Source of the DNA: Kipferlia bialata
Lineage: Eukaryota
NCBI GenBank assembly: GCA_003568945.1
Contig: BDIP01000002.1
Coordinates: forward strand, 9,426-50,007
Reading direction: 5' to 3'
DNA: 40,582 bases
Shown here: positions 12,385-24,300 of the stretch, one piece after another
Layout: each line of letters begins with the position of its first letter
Numbering within the stretch: the first letter of the stretch is position 1
Position numbers and translations under genes: made by a program
Notes under the pieces: model-generated
The model's database searches: none
Told to the model about the DNA's origin: nothing
What the model saw: the letters and a program-made list of their open reading frames with translations, nothing else

Positions 12385-15300
12385 CATTTTCGTATTCCCT
12401 GTCTCTATCCATCTCCACTAATAATCTAGGTCATCTTTACCTTTGACACCAATGCCTCAGACCTTATGGTATCTTGGGGCACTAACCCCCTCTCTCTCTT
12501 ACACTAGTCCTTCTATACTTTTGACACCAATGCCTCTGATGGTGTCTGGTACCAATCCCCCTCCTCTCACCCCTCTACCTCACTGTCTACTATCTACCTC
12601 AGTCTCTTACACTCAGCTGTTGTTCACCTTTGACACTGATGCCTCAGACGGTGTCTGGGAGCACTACCCCACCTACGACTACACCACCACTCTGACCATA
12701 CCCAGTGAGCCCACACTGAGTGTGTCAATATGCAGTCAGGTATATATGGATACATATGTATATGTACATGTATATATATATATATATATATATACACAAC
12801 TACGACTACACCACCACCCTGACCATACCCAGTGAGCCAACTGTGTCCATATCCATTTGTGACCAGGTATCTATGGGTATATGTGTATCTATGCATATCT
12901 ACATCCATAGTGTCTGCCACCGTTACCATACCATCTGTGTCCATAACGATATGTGACCAGCTATCAACCCCCCCCCCCATCTCTCTCTCAATCATTCCAA
13001 GTACTATACCCCCTCTCATCTAAGCTTATCATTTTAGCTTATCTCTTTCGGTATTCAAAGTCCGTTCCCTTATGCGTATATATCGATTCATCCATTCTAA
13101 TTGTCTTCTCCGCGGTATCCACAAGTTATGCATATACCTATGCTAGCGTTTTCCATTACTGGCACCGCCTTCATACCCACTCTCTCTCTCTCCCGCTCTC
13201 TCTTACCACAGTCCACCTCCGAGTGGACAGTATGTATATGTACATGTTCATATATTCACTACCATAGATATTCTCTATTATACTAATCCCAGGCCACTCT
13301 GAGTACACGGTGTACACCCATCCATATGATCCCCATTTCTCTCTCTCTCTCTCTCTGCCTCTAACTCTCCCTCACTCTCTTACCCTCAGTCCACCTCTGA
13401 GTGCACCGTGTCCACCCCTTCCCACGATGCCTCTATCCTGGACACATACTCCACCCCACTGCCCTATACAGTTACCCAGGGCTGGGTAGAGTGCACATTG
13501 ACTGTACAGGTACTATATATATATATGTATACACTAACACGCCTCTGTCCTGGACACATACTCCACCCATCTGCCATATGCCATATCCCAAGGATGGGTA
13601 GAGTGCACATTGACTGTACAGGTATGGGATATACACTAACATGCGTAAGTATATGTATATATATACCCCTCTGCCCTATGCCATATCCCAGGGATGGATA
13701 GAGTGCACACTCACAGTGCAGGTATGGGATATATATATGTATACGCTAACACGTATATATATACATATATATATATACCCCTCTGCCATATACCATATCC
13801 CAAGGATGGGTAGAGTGCACACTCACAGTGCAGGTATGGGATATATGTGTGTATATATATGTATATCGTATACTAGCCTAGATAACACTGGTAAACACAT
13901 GTGAATGTGTGCCAATCTCTCATGGCTGGATAGAGTGCATACTGACAGTGCAGGTATGAGAAACAAGCTATGCCCATAGATATATGTATACTCTCCTATG
14001 TATACAAGTGGAGTAATGTGTTTACATATATTTGTAATGTCTCACCCCAGGACTGTACAGTCGTGGTTCAGAATGTGTACGATACCCCTGATGTCACTGA
14101 GTACATAGGGGAGGTGTCCCTGTCCCTACCTGTCTATGTACATATGGACACGTTCCCACTCAGCCATGTGTCACTGTTCGGTAAGTGCATATTTATACTT
14201 AGTCTGATCTTTGGCATACAACACAAATATATACATATCCTGGTGACACTGACCAATTCCTGATACACCTGCAAGTAGTAGTGTATAGTCCAAAACCCTA
14301 CAGAGAACACTAACCCTCTCATCCCACCTAGACTACACCATATTAGTGTCATATATAATCGTGGTGTACGCTCAGTAACACTACTAGCATCATACCCCGT
14401 ACTACCCACAACCCCCCCCCCCTCACCCCAGACCTCCCCACCTCCATGTGCCCCGAGTCCTCTGTGAGTGTGTGTGGCAACGTGGCTGCCATAGGGTGTC
14501 CCTTCCAGTATGAGAGTGACGGTGTCACCAGAGACACATCATATCCAGGGGCTGTCTACATATACGCAAGGGAGAGCGAGATACACCCTTGGATTCAGAG
14601 TGAGTACTCGTCTCCCCTCACTGGGGATGCTCTCTATGGGACATCAGTCTCTCTCTACCAGGAGTCAGAGGGGATAGTGGAGCTGGCAGTCTCCATTCCA
14701 TCGCTAGACACTGTCTCGTTCTCTAGGTGGAGTGTAGATGGGGTTATTGTGACCTATCTCTCCCAGCAGCCAGTGAGTGTAGACCTTAAGCTGCCTGATA
14801 TAGTGGCCGAGGAGGACAAGACAGCTGCGAGAGACTACATGGTCCCACTACCAATGGTATGTAAATGTGTAATAGTTCACCAACAGAGACCTACTCCCAA
14901 CTATCTATATTGAGATGGAATCATTTACGTGGAATTGATCCCTCATCCTCAGGCAAGGAGTGAGCGGTTCTTACTCGTTGCCGACAAGAACAAGTCACGC
15001 CCAGGTAGCACAGTCAGTTGGAGTGGTATATCTTCTGTATTGTATTCGTAGTACATTGACTGACAGCAGGGAGAAGAAGGGGGAACATATACAACTCAGT
15101 GGAGCTTTGTGACATTGTGATATGTAAATTTCATCTCATTGTCTATGATTACTGGCAGTAGGAGTTTGGTACCAGTGAATATGTCTCTATTTATTCATTC
15201 CCTTGGTCTGACAGCAGGAGAGAAGAAGGGTGTGGTGCACTCTTTCTGGAAGGACTTAGGCACAGGTACGGGGATATACCATCGTATATACTCATTTTTG

Positions 15301-18300
15301 TTGTCAATATAAATCCCATTAAACGATACTTTGTCCCATTGTGTATCCTGTCCTGTGTATGTTGCACAGATACTCTGTACATCCAGTGAGTACACTACAT
15401 CCTATGTAATTATTAACTCTCAGGTGTTTGGTCCTACCACATGGCGATCTACGGTGCCACCGAGGGTGGGGTTACCTTTGGGGCAGGTATATACACGTAT
15501 TCCTTTCTAATCTTGTTATAGTTCTCTATGATTATAGAGAGCGTTCATACTCTATCTAGATCACCTTCCTCTACATCATTGTATGACCGCACGATGTGTG
15601 AACCTCAACCGTCTGGCCATTATTTGTATTTATATCAGAGTATATATATACATTAATATATATACTCTGGCCGACTGGTACTAATATTGTCAGGTGTGGC
15701 CATCAACCCCTCTGAGACCCATGTGGCAGTGAGTACCTACCTCACTGCTGACAGAGACACTGGCGAGAACACCTCAGTGTTCATGTTTGCGTACGATGAC
15801 TGGGATGAGTGGTGGAAGGACGGGGAGGTATCAGTGCACGGCTATGGGCCTCTGGATAGGCGGGTCATCAACGATGGGACTTCTTACAGGTATACACTGT
15901 GCCACATATACATCTTATAGTCCCAGCCTTGGGGGACTATTGCTTCTTCATATATATACTATCATCTACACATATACTATATTCTATATGTATACTCTTA
16001 CAATCAGGCACTCTGTTGCGATGACTGATGACACCCTAGTGATAGGCACCCCTGACATCGACCACTACTCATACTGGTGGGGACTGGCCACAGTGCTCAC
16101 TAAGGACACTATCAATGGGGACTGGACCTACCAGGGTCAGATCGAGGCCCCACTCTCTACATCATTCGGGTACCACGTCTCCGTGGCAGAGAGTGAGGAT
16201 GGGACTCCTCTGCTAGCCGTCTCTGACCCCATGTACGGCCCGATCAGTCTGAGTGATGCGAGTGTGCGTGTCTACCGTGTAGATTCCATTGTGGGTGAGG
16301 TTGAGGCCAGTGGGATAGAGGTCAGGATGGGGGGTGTAGCACCTGCCTTTGATGGACAGACTGTAGTAGATGGAGGGGCACATTCCATGGCTCAGTGGAC
16401 TAGTCTGGAGACAGGTAATACTATATATGGAAAATGTAGCATATACATGGATCTTTCTAGTGATTGAGTAGGTACATGTCAAGTCCATTCGTATCAACCA
16501 GGAGAGTACAGGTTAGTGTGCTCAGTTCGTTCTTACCCACAGGTCCCAGCTACATTCGTCCCCTCTCCCGTACGCATGTTGTCTCCTCCCCCTCCTCCGC
16601 CCATATCCACTGTGACCTGTACGATGACCTACACGATTCGTCCCAGGGTGATGTGTCTCTCGTGTATACCACCCCTTCCACCTCTACCGTACTCAGTACG
16701 GTCACTGGCCAGTTGGAGTTGGATCACTCCTTCTCTCTAGATGCAGGAGTAGACGACACTCTCTTCTTCCATGCTGTACCTGGTGATCACGAGTGGGAGG
16801 ATCACACACATAGTCTACTCTCTGTCACTGACAGTGACTACTACCTGCCAACCTATCTCAAGGTGGATATAGTAGCGGAGACAGATCTCCCCACTCTCCA
16901 CTACATCGAGGGCTTCCACCCCATCTTCAAGTACTCCACTGAGCTCTGCTTCTCTGTATCGGACGCTGACCATACCCCTGTACCCAACATCTGTTGCATG
17001 GGTCTGTCGGTGGATGGAGGTGACCCTATCACTGCTGTCTACGATGCAGACAGGGAGTGCTACTCCGTCTCTATGGCCGGTCCCCTGTCCCAGGGTAACG
17101 CCGATGTCTCCCTTGACGTGCCTCTGGGAGAGTATCAGGGCACAACACTCAGCACTACTGTATACGTGTATGGAGACGTCAATACGTTGTCTGTAGACGG
17201 TATCCCAGGGAGTGTTTCCACTGGTGAGATTATGGATGTGGAGGTGACACTCCGTGATGGTGACAGTATGGTGCTGCCTTATGACGATGGGTATCTGTGC
17301 TCTGTGTATGTCACAACTGATCCAGATGTAGAGTCTGTGAATGGAGGGGAGGGTACTACAGTGGTGGCTGTGTGGGATACTGCCGTGAGTCTGTTCAGAT
17401 CCAGTGTCACATCTACCTCCACACAGGCTGACAGGGTGGATGTGTCTGTAGAGTGCGTCTATGAAGATGGTGGACAGACGCAGACGTACTACAAGGATGC
17501 CTCCTATGAGATCAGTGTGAGAAAGGCAGAGGCCGATCCTGCCGCATGCTCAGTCTCAATGACATCTTCAGCCACCCTTCTTGATATATCTGCTACTGGG
17601 TCATACAACGTCACTGCTGGTACAGGGTTTGGGATTGATGTCGTCCTTGTTGATGAGAACGGCAACCCCATGCCAGACGCTGACCTAGACGTCATGGTGG
17701 GAGGTGGATCTCTCACTGCATCCTATGACTCTCCATCAGATACCTTCTCGTGTGTGGGAGAGACCGGAGACTACACCACTGCCAGGACATACCTTGTCAC
17801 ACTCAGTGTTGCATCAATCGGCATTGACGAGTTCGATCTGGTTATCCTACCAGAGGATACACCTAGTGACACTGAGTCAGACGTCACTGTCAATGGCAGT
17901 GCTGATGCAGTTGCAGGGGTCAATGCTAGTGTGACTGTCACCTTCAAGGACCGCTTCGGCAACACGATAGAGTACGACTCTGTGGTGGGTGGGATTGATG
18001 GCAGCACTGACCCATTGACCGGTGACTCTGGTACCTACTCTGGGTCACTGCCCACTCCCACGGTCAGTGGCAGTTACTCCTTAGAGATGGTCGGTACCCT
18101 GGATGGCACATCCTACACCATAACCCGTACTGTCTCTGTTCTAGCTGGGCCTGTCGTGTCTGGTACTGTGCTGACACCCTCCGTATTTGCCGCTACCGAG
18201 ACAACCACACTGACAGGCACTCTGGCAGATATGTATGATAACATACCCCTGTGTGGAGTAGGGTCCCTCACCCTCTCCTTCACAGACGACTACGCCACTT

Positions 18301-21300
18301 CGTCCAGCTGCACGTGCTCTGACAGTACATACATCTGTGATATAGTCCATGACACAGGGTGCACTGCTCCGTCAGAAGAGCAGGACATCTATGCATGGCT
18401 GGATGGAGAATACATTGGTTTCACATCAGTGACAGTAGAGACACACATTGTGGAGGCTGTGCCTAGTGGACCACTCTATGTTGAGACCCCTGAGTTGCAG
18501 TTTGTGCTTCTGGACACGTATGGTACTGAGATACCATCGCTTTCACCTCTGCTGGTGATGATTGATAGTGACGTCGTGGGATATGACTTCGATGATGGTC
18601 TGGACTGCTATATCGCCACAGTGCCAAGTGGTATAGGCCTCGGTGTCCACGACCTATCAGTTACAGTCAATGACCCCACGTACCCTCTGGCGATAGTGGT
18701 AGCAAGTGTCAATGTCTACGGCCCCTTGTTTGGTATCACTCCCGATGCCACATCCTACTCAACCGTTGCAGGGGAGTCACTGTCTCTGGGTTTCACCCTC
18801 ACTGATGATAATGGAGCACCCATTCCACACAGTGACGTCTACCAGTGCATTGTCACTGTGACAACAGATGGTGGGGTCACAGAGATCAACGCTGGGGATG
18901 GAACCGAATTCGACGCTGTTGCAGCGATTGAGAGTGGTGTATTCTCTGTTGATGTGATATCTGTCTCTTCCGAGGTGACAGAGATATCCTACCTAGCAGA
19001 GTGCTCTACGAGTACTGGCCCTCTCGATACTGTCAGTGGGACTGTGCCTCTAGATCTCAGTCCTGCTCATGCCTCTTCTGAGGAGTCCTATGTATTTGCC
19101 ACGTCAGGCTCCAACAGCCTTGAGAGCGGCATCCTAGACTCTGTCGCTGGTGAGGGTTTCAGTATCGCACTCTCTCTCTATGATGTGTACTCCAACAGTG
19201 TGGTGGTTGAGGCCGAGGACGTGGAGGTCACAGTGACAGCCAGTGACTCCTCTGAGACGCACCTCGGCGCATCACTCCTTGGTACCATGTACTCAATATG
19301 GGCCAGTGGTGCCCTCTTTACAGTGGCAGAGACTCTCTCTGTAGACATTGCTGTATCAGACCAGACTGCCTTCTCGATGTCCTTCACTGTCAATGTCTAT
19401 GCTGATGTATCTACCTATGAGGCTCTATCTACTGTCACTGTTGGGGATCTCCTGTCGGCGTTGGGGAGACCGTCACTGTCTCGACCTCATTGTTGGATGA
19501 GTACTCCAATGTGATCGTGTATGACTCTGTGACATGCCACCTCTACAGTGACCAGACTGCCCCTTGGCCCCTCTTCCTAGGGGAGGATGGTCTGTACACT
19601 GGGTCAGTTACTGCTCCCACTACCCCTGGGGACGTTGACGTTATAGTGGTTGGACATATGGGGGAGGCCACTTACTCCCTGACTGATAGCGTCTCAGTAG
19701 TACACGGTGATGTGTCTGACTACGTTATGGTAGAGACCAGCATCGATGCTGACACCACCACTACCATGCATGTTACCACAGTGGATTGCTTTGGCAACGT
19801 TGTCCCTCCCAATGGCGTTGATCTCCTCTGCAGCAGCCTGAACGACACCGACTTCCCCTCCTGGTCCTTCTGTACAGAGACAGACACTGCCTATGAGTGT
19901 GAGGTCACCCACGACATTGCACCAGAGCCAACTGCAACTGTACATATATTCTACGGTGGGATGACCATTGGGTCCTCTACTGTCGATGTCATTGTGCACC
20001 TGGATCAGGTGGTAGTGGATCCCCTCTTCAGCCTGTCACAGAACCTCCCCTTCACCATTCTCGACCAGTACGGAGATGATGTCGGTGATATTGGGACAGT
20101 GTCGGTGTCATTTGATGGCACTCTAGCTGGCATGGCCACCTTCGATCAGGACGAGTCCTGTTACATGGTAGATGTACCAGCAGCTATGCCTACCCTAGGA
20201 TCACACTCAATGTCAGTGACGGTGTCTGAGTCTAGCTACCCCACAGTGACCCTGTCTGAGACATTCAGTGTGTATGGACAGTTGGACTCGGTCATTGTGG
20301 ATGAAATGACCTTGCCTGTCACAGCCGGCGACCCAGTACTTGTCACAGTCTCTCTGGAGGACGCCAATGGCACCACCCTGTATGTCACTGATACTGTGTA
20401 CTCGTGTGTGGTATCAGTGGATAGTGATGTGGGAGTTCTGTCTCAGACCTCTGTCGATGCTGAGTGGGACGCCGCTGAAGAGTGGTTCTCAGCCGCTGTG
20501 ACATCTACATCCACCCTCTGTACCGAGTTACTTGTCACTGCTGAGTGTGTGGTGTCTGAAGGCGGCCAGACTGATACTGTCATTCTATCAGTCCCTTTCA
20601 CTGTTGTACCAGCTGCTGTTGACACTGAGTCATGCATTGTATCCCTTTTGGCCGATGCAGTAGCTGTTGGTGATGCAGTTGACACCTTCGATCTGACTGC
20701 TGGTTCCACTCTCTCTGTCTCTGTGACACTACTCGATGTGTACCTTAACCCCCTAACTACCTTGGATGACGTCTCGGTCGAGGCAGTGAAGTCTCTAGCC
20801 GTCTCTTTTGACTCTGATACACATGAGTACTCAACTGATGCATTCTGGACATCAGTGCAGTCTCTGGATGTTATTGTATCTTGTGCTGCGGGTGTCCTCA
20901 GAGAGTTTACAGTCAATGTCACACCTGACACTGCTGGTCCCATTGATACTGTTCTCTCTATCAATGGAGGTGTATCTGCTGTAGAAGTTGGATCCTCTGT
21001 GGATGTGAGTGCAGACTTCTCTGACGAGTTCGGCAATGTGATTGAGTTTGACTCTGTTACATGTGGGTTTGGCAGTGTAGCTGCAGCAACCAATGATATG
21101 GCATGGGCTAGCGGTAGTTACGCTGCATCTATGTCTGCTACCATAGTAGCACGGGATGTCGATGTCTACTTTGTAGGCACTGTGGGGGATGTCATTCACA
21201 CTGCTTCCATGACCCTGACTCTTGAGGCTGGAGGTCCAGACAACTGGTCCCTGATCACCCCATCCTACCTCAAGGCATCCAGTGTCACTTCCATAACTCT

Positions 21301-24300
21301 CAGGGTCAATGATGGGTATGGCAATGTCTTGACCAGTCCTGGGCTGCTGAGATTTGCTCTTGGTACTGATGACGCTGGTTCTGAGACTGCTATCTCTCAC
21401 AACACGACAGAGTGCGACAATGACGCCGATTCTTACTTATGTATCGTTGACTGCGATCTGGATCCTGCACCAGTTGCGTACCTCTATGTATGGTGTGATG
21501 ATGTTTTCATAGGGGTACAGGCTGTTAGTATGGTGCTGCACCTAGATAGTGTATCATTCCTTCCCCAATACACTGGGGCTGACACTGTCCGCTTCCATGT
21601 ACTCGATGACTATGGTGTGTCTGTGGTTGACTTGTCACCCGTCACACTGACCCATGAGGGTGTGACTGTCGATGCGACCTTTGACAGTGAGCACCAGTGG
21701 TATACTGCTCCTGCACCTTCGACATCTGGCCCAGGTGTCCACTCTGTCTCCGTATCAGTCTCAGACACCGACTATCCTGATCTTACTGTGTCTTCATCCG
21801 TCGCTGAGTACGGGCCAGTCTCTAGTATATCTGCCTCTGGTATTCCTGTCAGTGTAGTTGCTGGTGAGGAGATGTCAGTGTCGGTGGAGCTGCTGGATGG
21901 TGAGGGAGTATTGTTGCCTGTGGATGGGGCGTATGTCTGCACGGTCACTGTCACAACTGATGTCGGGGGTCATCTAGATGGGGGAGCTGGGACAGAGTAC
22001 ACCGCAGACTATGATCAGACACTCAACGTCTACACCGCCAGTGTCTCTTCGCTGTCGACAGAGGCTGTCGATGTGCAGATATCCGCAGAGTGTGTATCTG
22101 GTGTGCTATCTCCAGATATAGCAACTAGCTGTGTACCATTAACTGTGGAGGCCAGTGCTGTGGACCCAGCATCAACTGATGTACTCTTTGAGACCGGTGG
22201 AGTCAGTCTCGGTCTGAGTACTGACGCATTGACTGCTGGTGCTGCTCTGAGTGTGTCTGTTCTCCCCTATGATATGTATGGGAACGGTGTCTCCGGTAGC
22301 ACTTGCACCTCTGAGATCATGAATGCCCTGGGTGATATGATTGTAGAGTCCACTGCTGTGGAGGCCGATGATAATTCCTACACGATTGACATTGAGGCCC
22401 TTACACTCACAGAGGCAGGGGTATACGATATATATGTCACCGTGGATGGTGTGTCCATTGATGTATACACTCTTAGTGTTGTGTCAGAGAATGCCCCAAG
22501 TGAGGAGCTCTCGGCTGTGACTCTGGGTGGTGGTGCAACCAGTGTCACTGCAGGCTCTACAGTTGATGTCTCTGTAGCCTTTGTGGACACGTTTGGGAAC
22601 AGTATCGAGTACGACACAGTTGACGGTGCCTTCGCTGGTGGTGAGGCAGTACCCATGTCTACCATTGCTACTATTGGCGAGTACTCTGGATCCATAGTAG
22701 CACCCACACTCGCTGGAGATACAACTCTCACAGTGACTGGACACATTGGGGGAGTCACCTACTCTCTGGATATGGATCTGTCTGTATCGGCCTGTAGGGC
22801 GACACACATACACACCCTGGACTCCACTGGTATCACAGCTGCCGGTGTCACTACCCTGTCAGTCGAGGTCCATGACATATACAACAACGTGGTGGGTTGT
22901 GGTGCAGCTCTCCTTGTATCACTAGGGGATACCATGGGTTCGGCCTCTGAGTGTGTAGATAGTGGCTCCACATACACTTGTGATATCACCCATGATATCG
23001 ATCCATCATCAGACGTCTCTATCCACTCCTGGTTCGGAGGGGTGTACCTTGGTACCGCGACAGAGCCTGTGATTGTCAACCTAGATAGTGTTGTCACACT
23101 GCCAATACTCTCCACCTCGAGCACCCTACGGTTCAGTGTCTTTGATGTCTATGGTGTAAGCGTGTGTGACCTCACAAGTGTCAGTGTAACTTGTGAAGGT
23201 GTTTCTACAGATGCATGTTACGACTCTGATGCTGAGTGCTACACGACTCAGTTATCGATCGTATCCGGTGACAGCCCTCACTCTCTGACTCTGTATATTG
23301 CTGACGCCGCATACCCTGACGTCAACCTGACTACATCATTCACTGCCTATGGTCCACTGGATACCATCACATCGAGTGATATCACTACACTTGTCACTGC
23401 GGGAGAGGACTTTGATCTTACTCTCACTCTTCTGGACTCCGAGGGCACAACCCTTCCCCTTGACCCAGAGTATACATGCACAGTATCCATAACTACTGAT
23501 GCTGGTAGTATGACTGTCAATGGTGGACTTGGGTCAGTCTATGTTGCCACTCTTAGTGGCCCTGAGCACGTGTATACCAGTAGTGTGTCCTCAGTCTCCA
23601 GTGAGAGTGACTCTGTCCTTGTCACAGCTGATTGTATGTTTGCAGATATGGCAGACACTGTCACTGTGAGTGTACCACTCACAGTCCAGCCGAGTGAGGT
23701 TGATGCTTTCTCCAGTGGCTACACTGTGACATCTGAGGGTGTCGACCTAGTTGCTGGCAGTGACTCTCTCTACACGATAACAGCTGGCAGAGGGTGGGGT
23801 GTAGCTGTGACAGTGTGTGATGAGTATGGGAACCCTGTCAGTGATGGCTGTGTTGTCTCTGTATCTAGCACACCTGCCACAGAAGAGCCGTCACTTCTAG
23901 GGTCACAAGACGCACAAGTGTCTGGAGTAATATTCACCGTTGATCCTGCTGGATATACTCATGCTGAGACCCACACTGTTGAGCTAATGGGTAATGACCT
24001 CCTAATTGGTTCCTTTACACTCAATGTGGTCGCTGATATGACACCCAGTGACACAGAGTCTACTATATCAGTCAATGGTGGAGAGGTACTAGTTGCTGGA
24101 ACTGACGTCCCTGTGACTGCCGATATCCGTGACATGTATGGTAACTCCATCCAGTATGACAGTGTGACATGTGAGGTGGAGGGTGTGGATGGAAGCACCC
24201 TCCTAGTCTCAGATGGCGATGGGTCAGTGTCTGGAACACTATCCATGCCCACAACCGTGGGTGATGTCACATTGGATCTGGTTGGTATCTTTGGGGCCGA

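Noticed and set aside
13484..13960. CRISPR-like array of ~30-nt repeats with spacers
   Set aside because: The repeats are degenerate copies of an exon end with a donor site, the spacers are TA-rich and similar to each other, the context is eukaryotic, and there are no cas genes.
12082..14050. Dscam-style mutually exclusive exon clusters
   Set aside because: Echoes are partial and usually carry only one splice site (donor or acceptor), and several have indels, so they are not complete alternative exons.
19421..19560. A short intron explaining the frame change
   Set aside because: There is no GT-AG pair of suitable length with the local acceptor consensus, and removing sequence would delete residues conserved in sister repeats.
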